A stretch of 64,000 bases of DNA from the human T2T-CHM13v2.0 reference genome, Homo sapiens: NCBI RefSeq assembly GCF_009914755.1, contig NC_060936.1; one strand, given 5' to 3'. The notes under the pieces were generated by a model. It was not told where the DNA came from, did not search any database, and saw nothing but the letters and a program-made list of their open reading frames with translations. Positions 13,401-24,946 of this stretch are shown in pieces. Position 1 is the first letter of the stretch. The number at the start of each line of letters is the position of its first letter. The position numbers and the translations under genes were made by a program.

Positions 13401-13929
13401 CAGGTTGAGTATCCTGTAGCCAAAATGCTTGGGACCAGAAGTGTTTTGAATTTTTTGATTTTTTTCAAACTTTGGAATATTTGATATACATAAAGGGATA
13501 TCTTGGGTTTGGGACCCAAATCTAAACACAAGATTCATTTATATTTCATAGAGTACTTATACACATGACCTGAAGATAATTTTATACAATATTTTTTAAA
13601 ATTTTTGTATGAAGGAAAGTTTGTGTATGTTGAACTATCAGAAAGCAGAGGTGTCACTGTCTCAGCCACCTATGTGGACAACCTGTAGTTGTTTGGCATC
13701 ACCATCATTCCTGACTCTGAATTTATATGCTAATGATAAGCAATCATTTTCTTGCAGTTACTCACACATAAGTATTAGCAGTAAGAAATATGACATACCA
13801 TTACTACAGTGAAAAATTAATGTGGCAGAGGTGGAATTTTCCACTTGTGGCGTCATGTCTGTGCTCAAACAGTTTCAAGTTTTGAAGCATTTCAGATTTT
13901 GGATTTTTGTGTTAGTGATGCTCAGCCTA
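13401..13929. mobile_element. Tigger4 (Zombi/MER46) internally deleted TcMar DNA transposon
   Basis: TA|CAGGTTGAGTATCC..AAAATGCTTGGGACCAGAAGTGTTT ... GATGCTCAGCCTA|TA; terminal inverted repeats and TA TSD. Confidence 0.9.
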
Positions 13930-14519
13930 TACAAAAATGACTCTTATGCTTGAAAATCTTAGTCCGTCTCTTCTGGTTTTTAAGTCATCCAGGAAGTTTA
14001 TATGTGGTGGAAAATGCAACTGGCCATGTCCCAGGGCAGACACCTCCTCCAGTGCTCACAGTGGAGGCCACTGAAGTGTTATGACCATGTTCTGTCAGTG
14101 ATGTGTACCTTTCTTTGGGCTCACAATGGCATAGAAAGATGTAACCAAAGTCTAGGGAATTGGGTCCTAATTAGAGAACTGCCAGTAACCAGGAGTAGGA
14201 CCATAACACCTGGGACTCTGAGCTTCACCTCTCCAGGCTCCAGTTTCCTCATCTATGTAAATGAAAACATTGAACAAGAACAATACAGCAGTTATCAGGT
14301 CTGTTTTGACTCCTACAGTCCTTTATTCACTTGAAATTTTAAGCAAATGTTAAATATGTAAACCTGAGCCTGAGATGGGACTTTGAGTACTCTCCCCAAA
14401 TCCTCAGAGACATTTCAAGAAGCACTTTGGAACAACTCAGAGAAATCTTTGTAAAAATTAGTGGACAAGATGAACTCTAAGATTAAATTAATTAAGGAGA
14501 AAATTGAGGGTCCCATAAT

Positions 14520-14745
14520 ATGATCACCAGGTTTGAATCCCAGATCTTCCAGTTACTAGTCAGTCTGAATATTGACTAAATTACTTAACTACTCTACAAG
14601 CAGTTTACTAACCTTACAGGATTATTGTGAATATTAATTAAGATAATTCATGTGAAGCACTTAGAAAAGAATCTAGAACATAAAGAAGAAATCAATAAAG
14701 TGATCTGTGATCAATTTACCATCACCATCATCATCATCATCATTG
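14520..14745 (+). mobile_element. MIR with (CAT)n tail
   Basis: GGTTTGAATCCCAG..AATTACTTAACT..GGATTATTGTGAATATTAA..TGTGAAGCACTTAGAA. Confidence 0.7.
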
Positions 14746-16019
14746 TTATATAAATGTGATCAAATACATGAGAAAAACCTAACACTTGTCTGGCACAAGG
14801 GAGCTGTGTATAGGTATATGTGTGTGTGTGAGCCTGTGACTAATTTTTTAGCCTCCGTCATTTTTCCTACTTTCCTGTCAAGATATCTACTCTCTATCAG
14901 GCACTAGAAATATAAAATGTGATTAGTTTAGATTAAAAGATACTGAGGAATGAAGTACCAATCTCAGAACACGGTGACGAAAAATATTTTCTGCAGATTA
15001 AAATGAATATTGAACTAATAGCATTTTTGTTAGAAACTTTCTTTCATCCCCAGAAGTTTAGTATTCCCTTTTCTGGACATTTTAGTGGTTGAATCATTCC
15101 TGGCTTCGCAGGATGTGAAATGTTCATTAAAAGAAGCATCATGGTTACTGCCTTGTAAAGATGATCCTAACAGCTTAGTTCTTTGTGAACTATTTGTGTG
15201 TTGGCTTGCCGTGACTTTGCACAAGTTAGCCACTGAAGCAGAAAAATCACTGCCGGGGTTGTCAAATATCATTGGTGCAAGGTGCCTTTCTGTGTGCCTG
15301 GCTGAGCAGCTTCCAATGACATGTGATGTGGGGTTTTCTCCCAAGGCTGTTGCGTGCTGTGTGCAGCATATCTAAGCTGAAAAACTAATGCATGGCTGGG
15401 TATTCTTGGTAGGCCTCCAGGCATTTCACATTCATTTATAAAATGCCTTTTTTCTACTTCAAATTAATCTTATGTTCTTTCCAATCACCATTGTAATACT
15501 CTTTTGACTTTATATTCTGACAAGCTTGAAATAGCCTGATAGGATTGAACTAAAGTATAAAAAACCAGAGTTACAACAGTCAGAAACAAATGAAAAACTG
15601 AAACCGAGTCTGCAGCGTTACCTTCACAGCTGTGTTAGTACACAATTCGGGCCTTTTCTAGCTTTATGATTCTAAAATATGTCTTTGTTTTGAATTAAGT
15701 TGCTGGCATTATGTTTGCAGAGCAGTTAATCCATCTCCAAAATTTGTAATAGTCATGGTTATTCTGTGACTTTCATTGCAAATGGAACTTCAGTGTCAGG
15801 TTTATGGGACAGCTATTAAAAAAGCAGAAGGAGAGTTATCACAAGTCTCTTATGGAACTCGTTAACTTATGGTAATTAATCTAAATAGGACATTTATTTG
15901 AATTCTATCTCAGGAAACCAAATGAACTTTCTCTTCTTGAATGTGCAGTTTAATGCTCATTTATGTTAATATTATATTTCTTTAAGTTGTTAGTCACAAT
16001 TTGTGTTGCTGTCTCATCT

Positions 16020-17284
16020 ATTCATCTAACAAGCATGTATTTGGCACCTCCTGTATGTCTGACTCGTAATTGAGTGATGAATAGGACTAGTTCCTGTCCT
16101 CAGAGAGTTCCTAGTCTGGTGGAGGGGAAGCTTTGCAGACAAAGAATGAGTAAGGTGCATCAAGCCCAGTGGTGAGTAACATACACCAGGCAGAGGGATA
16201 ACAGAAGAGAATGGCATTAACTCATTCTGGGAGTTGAAGGAACACTTTCTGAAGAAAGTGATGTCTCAGCTGGATGAAAAGGAGTAAAATAGTGACAATC
16301 CATGATAGAAGCTCAGGTATAGTAATTTGTTAACCAAAATATTCCAAGTGAAAGTAATTGAAATAGGGCATCTGAACGATTTGCATGGGGCTTTATATTT
16401 AGCACTTTCCTGCTTTCAACTGTTCATTTTTTCCTCCCTCTTACAGAAACTCCCTGAGATACACAAACTGATATTCCTCTGAGTTTTCAAGTTGGAGAAC
16501 TGGCCCTTAGGGTACACTCAGTGACTATTAGTTGAATGGGATAACACAACCAATATTTATTGAGTGCCTACTGCCTCTCTGTGCCTTAATTCTTTATTTG
16601 TAAAATTAGCATAATAACCAGGCCTCTCTCCTATGATTATGGTAAGGAAAAAATGAGATTAATATGTTATTAACATAGACTAGCATTGGTCTCAAAATCA
16701 GGGTTATATAAGCCAGTTATTATTACTAGTAACTGCTACTGGTTATTAATTAGTTATTATTAGTAACTGGCTAGTTACTAGCCAGTTATTATTACTAGTA
16801 ATTTTCTAGATAACAAGAAGTTGGTTTAGGGGTGAAGGGAATCTTCCTTACCCCCTTCGGAAGGTTCAATAATTTGAGTCTGTAAAACAAACTGACAATA
16901 GACAGGTTAACAGGAAACAGGCATACAAAACGATACTAGTAATAATAATTAGTAGAGACATGCCACGCACTGTTTTAGGCACTGAACGTCAGCAGAGCAA
17001 AGGCTGGCTTTCATGCAGTTTAAACCGTGTGGCCAGAGCGGAGTGGCTGAGGAAGGGAGTAAATAAAAAGAAACGAAGTTGAAAGACTTGCTGGAGGAGG
17101 GAAAGGCACAGATTACAGAGGGATTTATAAGCCATGGTGAGACTTCAAAATTTGAAGCCAAGAAGGAACCTGATCTAACTTAGGTTTTAAAAGAATTACT
17201 TATGCACTCTGAATAGATTGGAGGAGCGCAAACATGGAGAGAACAGAAGAATCAGAAGGTTATTCAGATCACAGTGGCTTTGGG

Positions 17285-17326
<42 letters not shown>

Positions 17327-17620
17327 TGTGTGTGAGGGGGCAGAGAGAAGTGGTCAAAATCTGGATATATTTTGGAGGTTTACTAGGCAGAATTCACTAA
17401 TGGAGTAGATATGTGGCATTCAACAAAGAGAGGTTCCAGAATTTTGGCCTAAGCAGAAAAATAGAAGCTTCCATTTCTTGAGATGGGAGAAGATTTATGA
17501 GGAAGAAAACTGGCTTCAAGAATGAAAATTTCCATTTTAGACATGTTAATAATAAATCAGTGAATATAATATGGTATTGCAAAAGACCAAGGAATTAACC
17601 TGGGTTAGGAAAGATGGATA
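16020..17620 (-). mobile_element. Fragmented L2 with a nested + strand MIR (about 16575-16730)
   Basis: CAAGCATGTATTTGGCACCTCCTGTATGTC; CAATATTTATTGAGTGCCTACT resuming as TGCCACGCACTGTTTTAGGCACTG at about 16961; L2 body motifs to about 17620. Confidence 0.6.
17287..17334. repeat. (TG)n microsatellite
   Basis: Direct read, one interruption. Confidence 0.95.
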
Positions 17621-19104
17621 GAGATAAAAGAGAAAAGAATGTGAGAAAGATGTTACTATGGCTTCAAGATCCAAGGTGAGAAATGGGAGACAATAAGGCT
17701 CATAAAAGAGAAATCTGTTTGGATCTGAATCAGAAAGATCACACAGTATAGTAATGAGAATTAAAACTGCACAGAAACAATCAGGGTTTAGAAGGCTAAA
17801 GTGGACAATTTGAACTCATTTACTAGTAGCTTGGCAACAGTTAAAATTTTCAAAACAAGCTGATTTGAGCTAAGTCTCTTAGCATTCACCACATTATACT
17901 GAGTTATCTATTTCTGTGTTTTGCTATCCCACCAAACTGTAAATTCTGCTGTGTTTTATTCATCATTTTACTGCCTCTGCCTAGCATGGTACCTGGTACA
18001 TGCTTGCCACTCAGTAATCACTTGTGGAAGTCAACTGAAAAAAAAAAAAAGAAAAGAAAAAAAAAAGGCTTGTGCCCAAACAAGGACACAAATTGAAATA
18101 ACAGGCTCCATTGGTTCAAATTCAAACTATTCCCTTATGCAAAGGATTCAAGTTTGCTGAGACCCCAGATCCAAGGCCCTATATCTGTCTTAATATGATA
18201 ACAAGGGGTAACACTCACCTCACATATCCCAAAAATAATTTTCAGTATCCTGCTACTACCTCATTTTGTCTCATACCAGAATTGAGAGCAAACACTCAAT
18301 GTTTCTTTATCTCTTGCGTTTAATTTGCTAAACTCCAAATCAAATTGAACCCTGGTCTATTTGAAGAAAATACACTGTAGTAGTTTCTCCTCCCCTGTGC
18401 AGGTTCATTTATCTGTACCCTAATTCACTCAAAACTCAGAGGAAAAACACATCTGTATTGAAACATTTTTGTGGCATTGATTGCTCCCCATGTGATTATT
18501 CCAACAACAACTATGTAACAACGTGAGGGTGAAAATAATCTCTGTAGCTTGTTTTGTGTGGGCTAACACCCTAGTGAGATGGAAAAATAGCCTAAAAATA
18601 TGTCTACTTTTTCCTGAGACTTGTCTTTTCAATAAGAGCTTATTTACTATACCTCCTGCTTGCTTTTAGTCAGTAATATGTTTTGAAGATAGAACAAATG
18701 ATCTTTTCTACTTGAAAACACAATTTATTTTTATTGTAGTAAAACTATCCCATTAAAAAGTTTTTAAGATGTGGAGAATAGATCTCATTGTAAGTTGGTA
18801 CAGCCTGTTCAAATTTTGATACAATAAATCAAACTGAAGGTGTTGAAGGTGTAGGATAGCAAACTTTTTTCTCCAGTCCCACTTAACAGCCAAAACTACA
18901 TCACTCCAATATATCTGCCTCCATTTGGTTTCTTGCTCTTTCGTATCTTCCCTCAATTATTATGGTATCTCAAAACACCTCTCACACTTTCCTGTTTTGC
19001 CCATCCAGCCAATACTCCCTCATTCCTGAAGAATTCGCCCCATCAGAGACCCATAAGCAGTGCTGGGGTTCATGTACATCATAATTTTCTAGATAATAAG
19101 TTGG

Positions 19105-19701
19105 TTTAGGAGTGAAGGGAATTTTTCTTACCCCTTCTGAAGGTTAGATAATTTGAGCCTATAAACCAAACAGACAGATTCACAGGAAAAAGCATACAAA
19201 TTTATTACATGCACGTGCACAGGGAGCTACACAAAATACAGGACTCAAAGAAGGGCCTAAGGTTTTTATATGATACAGAAAGAAAAAGAGGCCTGAAGCT
19301 CCTGGAGGCTGTGGTGACAGGTTATGGAAGGGTAAGGGGAAGAATGCACTGTGAACAAAGGCTGTTGTTTCATTGTGCAGAGAAGGTCTATCAGGTAATA
19401 GCCCTCAAAAAGAGTAGATGGTAACCTGTGGTAATAGTTTCTCTGTCAGACCTTTAAAAGTGTCAAACCTGTCTTTAGTCTTCTTTTCCTGTGAGTTAAT
19501 CTTTCCTAGATTCAAATAAAAGGACCTCAGAGAAACCGTCTGCCTGCATCCCTTGTTTGCTTTATTAATATATACATGTAAATTTATTTTACAAAAGGAT
19601 AAATTTTCAGAGCCATGCTTTGTGTCTGCAGACCCTCTGAATAGCCATCTCAAAATATGCCAAAGAGGCACGCTTTGGATGGCATATTTTGGTTTCCCAC
19701 A
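19105..19701 (-). mobile_element. 3' LTR of the provirus
   Basis: Begins TGTGGGAAACCAAAATATGCC on minus strand, immediately after the polypurine tract; paralogous to 24324-24946. Confidence 0.9.
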
Positions 19702-19712
19702 GTCCCCTCTTT
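19702..19712 (-). other. Retroviral polypurine tract
   Basis: Minus strand AAAGAGGGGAC directly before the TG of the 3' LTR. Confidence 0.8.
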
Positions 19713-22700
19713 GAAATTTATTTTCAGAAAGTTTTACATATTAAAATAGGATTGATAACTGTGGAAAATTTGCTTTAGACATTTTGAGATAAGACATTAG
19801 CAAAGGGAAGAAAAACATATATTGGAATAAGTAGAAAAATGTCTCATTTTAGGAAGTGGTGTTGCAGGGTTCCCACAGTTAAGTCTCTACATGGTGTAAG
19901 CAAACAAGTTTTTAATATGAGGCTTCTCTAAAGAAACAAAAGAAAGACAAAAGTTAATAATTGAAGCAGCATATAAACTAGTTCTGAGTCTAGCAGTTGA
20001 AAAGATTTCTAGATTTGGCCTCAAAACATCTTCAGTTGAAGTGTGGATAGACAGTGACAATCTGACAGATTTTAAGTTGTTATTGTGATTTATCTGGAGT
20101 CAACCAGCTTCAGCTTTCAGGGCTTCAAGAAAAAGGCACATTTAATTTCAGTGATTCCAAGTCAGAAAAAAATTGGAGAAAAAAGTGAAAATGTTATTTT
20201 GGAGAGTTGCAGTCAGACATTAGAGGAAACTAACAATTTCAGAATCCAGTCTAAATTGTAGGTAAATAATAAAATCTCAAAAAAATGAACAGAGCTAGAA
20301 TCTAATAACAGATACACTGTAGTTTTCTTTTAAGTCATAATTTTTCTCTCTCGAGTTCCCCCCTTTTTACCAAAGTTAATCACAATAAAACTAATTTGTT
20401 TGCAAAATAAGTTTTAGGCTTGTTATTCTTTGCCTAATAATTTACAGAAGTACAGCAAAATGATGATTAATCATATAAGCTCATTTTCAATTTTGCTTTG
20501 CTGGAACTTTTCACAAGGAATCTCAGATTAAACTTTTGAAAGCCTCTTGAGGCTGGGAAGCCAATCCAAGGAGGAGTCACCCTCAAATTGTGCCTGTAAT
20601 ACCTTTAAACTTGAGTGAATACTTCTCTTCTCAAGGTTCCCAAAAATATATTCAGGTTCCAGGGCCTCTCAGGAAGTGACATTTTTTCTTACCTGTAAAT
20701 CAACCATGTTAATTATTTATCCAAGATATCAAGATAGATTTTCCAAGGGGTTTTAATTGGCTTTATAAAGTCAACTTTAATTCCTTAGAGCAATCTGGTC
20801 ATATCTCAGAATAGGACATGTCAGGCAAAGCCTTGGTAATATGGCCAATGTTTCCAATTGTGTCCTATTAGAAAGAGAATAGATTCTTCTTAAATGTAAG
20901 CAAATAACTATATTGTTATTGAAATAAGAATACTCACAAATAGTCTCCAAACTCTGGAGGGATCAGGTAGGGAGAAAAAAAAATTTCAATTCTGCACACA
21001 AAAGTACACCTTCCCATATTCCCGTAAACTGTAGATAGCTGAAAGAAAAAAAAAATTAATGTGGAAAATGAAACATGAAAGAATAAGCCATGTGCCAAAC
21101 AAAAAAAGTCATAAAATCATAATCTTTCATTGCTTTAGTCCCATGTAATAATTCTTATTCTGCTTGATGTTGGGTTAGTAGTTTTTTGAGTTCAGTTTTT
21201 TCACTGAAGTTCGGAATTCTTACCCAGTCAAATACTACGATCTCAAAATCATCAGAAAACTATATTCAATGGTACTTGTGAGAGTCTTTTCTATAAATTT
21301 CATTGAAGAAAAGCAATTTGGGGCTATAACTGACTGCAAGATGCTTTTAGAGAAGAAGCAAAACCACTGTCTGTCAATGACAAAAACTTACAATAGCCAT
21401 GGTTAAAAACCTAATGAGAATTCATAACAAGTCATTGACAAGGAAATGTGTTGTGGCACACAACGCTTTAACATAATAACCATAATTATTACTGATAATG
21501 TACACTAGGATATAAATTTCTAGAAATTTCATACAATTTTGGAATACATGTGAATAACATATCTATAAAATTATAACTCAAAGAAGGTTAAACATACATG
21601 TGAATAACACATGTATAAAATTGTAACTCAAAGAAGGTTAAACATCACTTGCTATTTGGAGTGCTTCCCATATAACTTAGCGTATTAAATAGGCCTAACT
21701 TGTTTAATATCTCTCTTTTGTACTGCTAGGGGTCCTTCTGGAATGCCCAAAAGTTAGTCTGAGGTCAAAAAGACTTAATTTTGATTTGGAGAAGGTTGTT
21801 AAAAAATAAAGGTTCGAAGCATTCGATCAAAAATAAGATCACAGGTTACTGTTAAATTCATTTAACCAGAATGGCAATTTAAAGACTTCAAAATAAAATG
21901 CAGGAAGTTACATAATTATAGAAACAGTTTAATTCTTTAACCCAGTTTTTCTAAGTAATCAAAGACCTAATAAAGACAGTATAAAGCATAGGAAATTATT
22001 TTGATAAAATGCAAAATCTATCAATACTCTTGTTTTTAAAAGAGAAGACCAAAGTTTAGTTTTTTACCAGTGCACTTTTTCTATTAAAGCTCATTTCTGA
22101 AACCTTTATAATAATTTTATTCAACTTTAGTCAGTTTAACCTTACAATATTTTCTCTCACTCTCTTTACCCAACTCTCTTGAACTGTCATTCAGCTTTTT
22201 ATGTATCATTTCTTCATTCTGAAACAACCTTTAAACTAGAATAATTATTTTTCTTCAACAACAAAAAATCCTTATGCCTTCCTTATAACTTTCCTCACCA
22301 AAAACACATCCTAGTTTCCTTCTACACTTACATACAGAATTTTTTATCTTATTTCTAGTAGTTTTAATTACATATATTAATTAGAATTTCAATTCTTAGT
22401 AATCTTATTTTCCAGTGAAAATCTAGGAAGTAAACAATCTTGAACTGGCATTGTACCAACATGTTATCAATAGATTTCATAATTTCTAGAAACAAAAGCT
22501 TTCTCATAAAGTAATTTTACAATGTGGATCAGGACATATTTACCAGCCAAACCAAATATATTTAGTTCTCTTGTAACAAGAAGTTAAAAGTAAATAAGCT
22601 AAAATGTATGATTAACAATTAATGTTCCAGTATTATATCTTATTTGGAAATGATCTAATTATTTAAAGAATATTCATTATCTAATTTAGTTTAGCAATAC

Positions 22701-24300
22701 TTTAAGGGTGTAGTTACCTGAAAGATTTGAGAAACCTTTGAAAGTATATATTATAAATCATAATTATTGTTAAAAATTAAATTTATAAAGTTTTATCTCA
22801 CTTACATCTATTTAATTACTTTAAAACCAACAGCATTAAGCTAGTCCTATTTGTGAAAGATTTACCCAAGTCACATGAACTTGAAAAGCCTTTGAGTTTG
22901 TTACCATATTTCTAGCAGTTTTAAAAGTATTTAATTCATAAGAACAAATTTTTCTTTAAGCCAATTTGAAATTCTTCCAAGAAATTTTATCCCATGTAGA
23001 TACAACTTGCACCATACATGCACACATGTATAAACATATACAAACATACAGATAGGACACAAACAAAAATATTATAGTTTTTATTGTAAAACTTTAGACA
23101 GATACAATAATATAAAACTCACCAATTTATGAAGTATTAACCAAGTTAACACTACCTGTTTACAATGGTCAAAACCCTTTATCAATATTAATAGAAAAGA
23201 CCTTTAAGATTTTTCATTTGTTTTAAATTTTTAAATAGCTTTTTTTCCCTGAGTATATAGTTCCATTTTAGCTTAGGAGAGAAGGCAAAGAAATTCTTAT
23301 TATGCTCTGAGTATGAACCACAGCCCTAAAACAAAGGTATATCTACAAGAAACTCAACAGCAAAAATAATTCTCATGACCTAAATTAATAAGCCTTTTAA
23401 TGGCTTTAACCAAGTGTCTAAAGTTAGAGCAAAAAGATACAGGCTGCTGAAAATCCAAAGCCACTCCCAAAAGAAAGGCAGTCAAAAAGAAAGAAAAGCT
23501 TTGCTTGCCAAAAATGGGGTACAACCCATATTTCTGTCCAGCCATATTTGTGGGTCTCTCAACCTTTTGGTAGGCCACCCATACATGAGGGCCTAATAAC
23601 CTGTGTGCCCTCAGTAGACAAAATGTTTAAAAAAGACAACAGTTGGTAAGACAAACAGGAAAACAAAAGCCATTCATGAGAGGGAAGAGGATCATTATCA
23701 AACGAGTACCCCAAAAGTCAAGAGTTATACAAATTCAAAACAAATAATTCAAATAAATTCTTATAAACTAATTCTTATAAGTATTTATCTCCTGAGCTAA
23801 AGAAATGTACTGAAAAAAATGGAGGTGGATTCAGAGAAGGGAAGTTTTAAACTTTGGAGCCCAGAGATCCAAAAACTTTTCTCATTTAAAAGGATTTTAA
23901 CTTTGTTCTAAAACTGATTTTTATTATTTTAATATTGCCAAAGGAGTCTTTAAGGGTAACAGTTATATTTACGTGTGTCTCTTCTTTTTTTTAATTTGAT
24001 CTTTTCATAGATAGCAATAGTTAAGATGAGAGTTTTTCTACATATAACCAATTTATTTATTACAAAAGTGATTCAAATCAATAAAAGACTTCATTTATAG
24101 ACCTGTTTTCACCAGCAACTCCAAATTTGAAGGAAAAAGAGACAAGGAGTGACTCTTGCCACTCTTACTCAACTGGGCTCTAAAGGCAGAGATCTGGGAA
24201 TACTGACCTTGGTAAAAATTCTTACCTTTCTTGGCTGGCTTTTTTGTTAGTTGTCCCAGGGTCCCATTTACAGCCTCTAAACTGAGCAGAGTGACTTGTT

Positions 24301-24319
24301 CTCCTGCCTGGGCTCACCA
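24301..24319 (-). other. Primer-binding site, tRNA-Arg-like
   Basis: Minus strand TGGTGAGCCCAGGCAGGAG, 4 nt after the 5' LTR; resembles TGGCGAGCCAGCCAGGAG (complement of the tRNA-Arg(ACG) 3' end). Confidence 0.75.
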
Positions 24320-24323
24320 AAAC

Positions 24324-24946
24324 TGTTAGGGACAAAGGCAACTTTCCTCCCTCTTCCTTCTGAAGATTCAATAATTTGTGTCTATAAAACCAACTGACAA
24401 GAGACAGATTAACAGGGTAAAAACACATACAAATTTATTATATGCACATGAGCATGAGAGTCACACAAAATATGAGACTCAAAAAAGAGCCTGATGGCTG
24501 ACGTTTTCATATTGTACAGGAAGGATAGAGTCTTGGCGGTCCTGAGGGCTGTGGTGGCAGGTTATGGGAGGATGAGGGGAAGAAATGCACTGTGAACAAA
24601 GGCTGTTGTTTCATTGTACAGATAAAGTCTCTCAGGCAATAGCCCACAGAAAGAATAGATCATAACCTGTAGTGATAATTTCTCTGTCAGACCTTTAAAA
24701 GTGTCAGACCTTTCTTTAATTCCCTTTTCCTGTGATTTAATCTTTCCTAGGTTTAGAAAAAAGGGACCTCAGAAAAAGCCTCTCCCTGCAACTTTTGTTT
24801 GCTTTATTAATATAGATAGATGTAAATTTCTTTTACAAAAGGATAGATTTTTCAGAGCTATGCTTGTGTCTGCAGCCCCTCTGAATAGCCGTCTCAAAAT
24901 ATGCCAAAGAGGTACACTCTGAGGTGATGTATTTTGGTTTCCTGCA
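24324..24946 (-). mobile_element. 5' LTR of the provirus
   Basis: TG...CA bounded (TGCAGGAAACCAAAAT...CCCTAACA on minus strand), followed by the PBS. Confidence 0.9.

Larger units (their letters stand above)
19105..24946 (-). mobile_element. Non-coding ERV1 provirus, MER4 group (MER34/MER39-like LTRs), about 5.8 kb
   Basis: Two related ~600-bp LTRs, 4-bp TSD TTGG (19101-19104, 24947-24950), PBS and PPT in the correct places; AT-rich internal region with no long ORF. Confidence 0.9.

Noticed and set aside
8498-16950. Short repeat clusters considered as CRISPR-like arrays
   Set aside because: Eukaryotic context; no regular repeat-spacer periodicity and no cas genes
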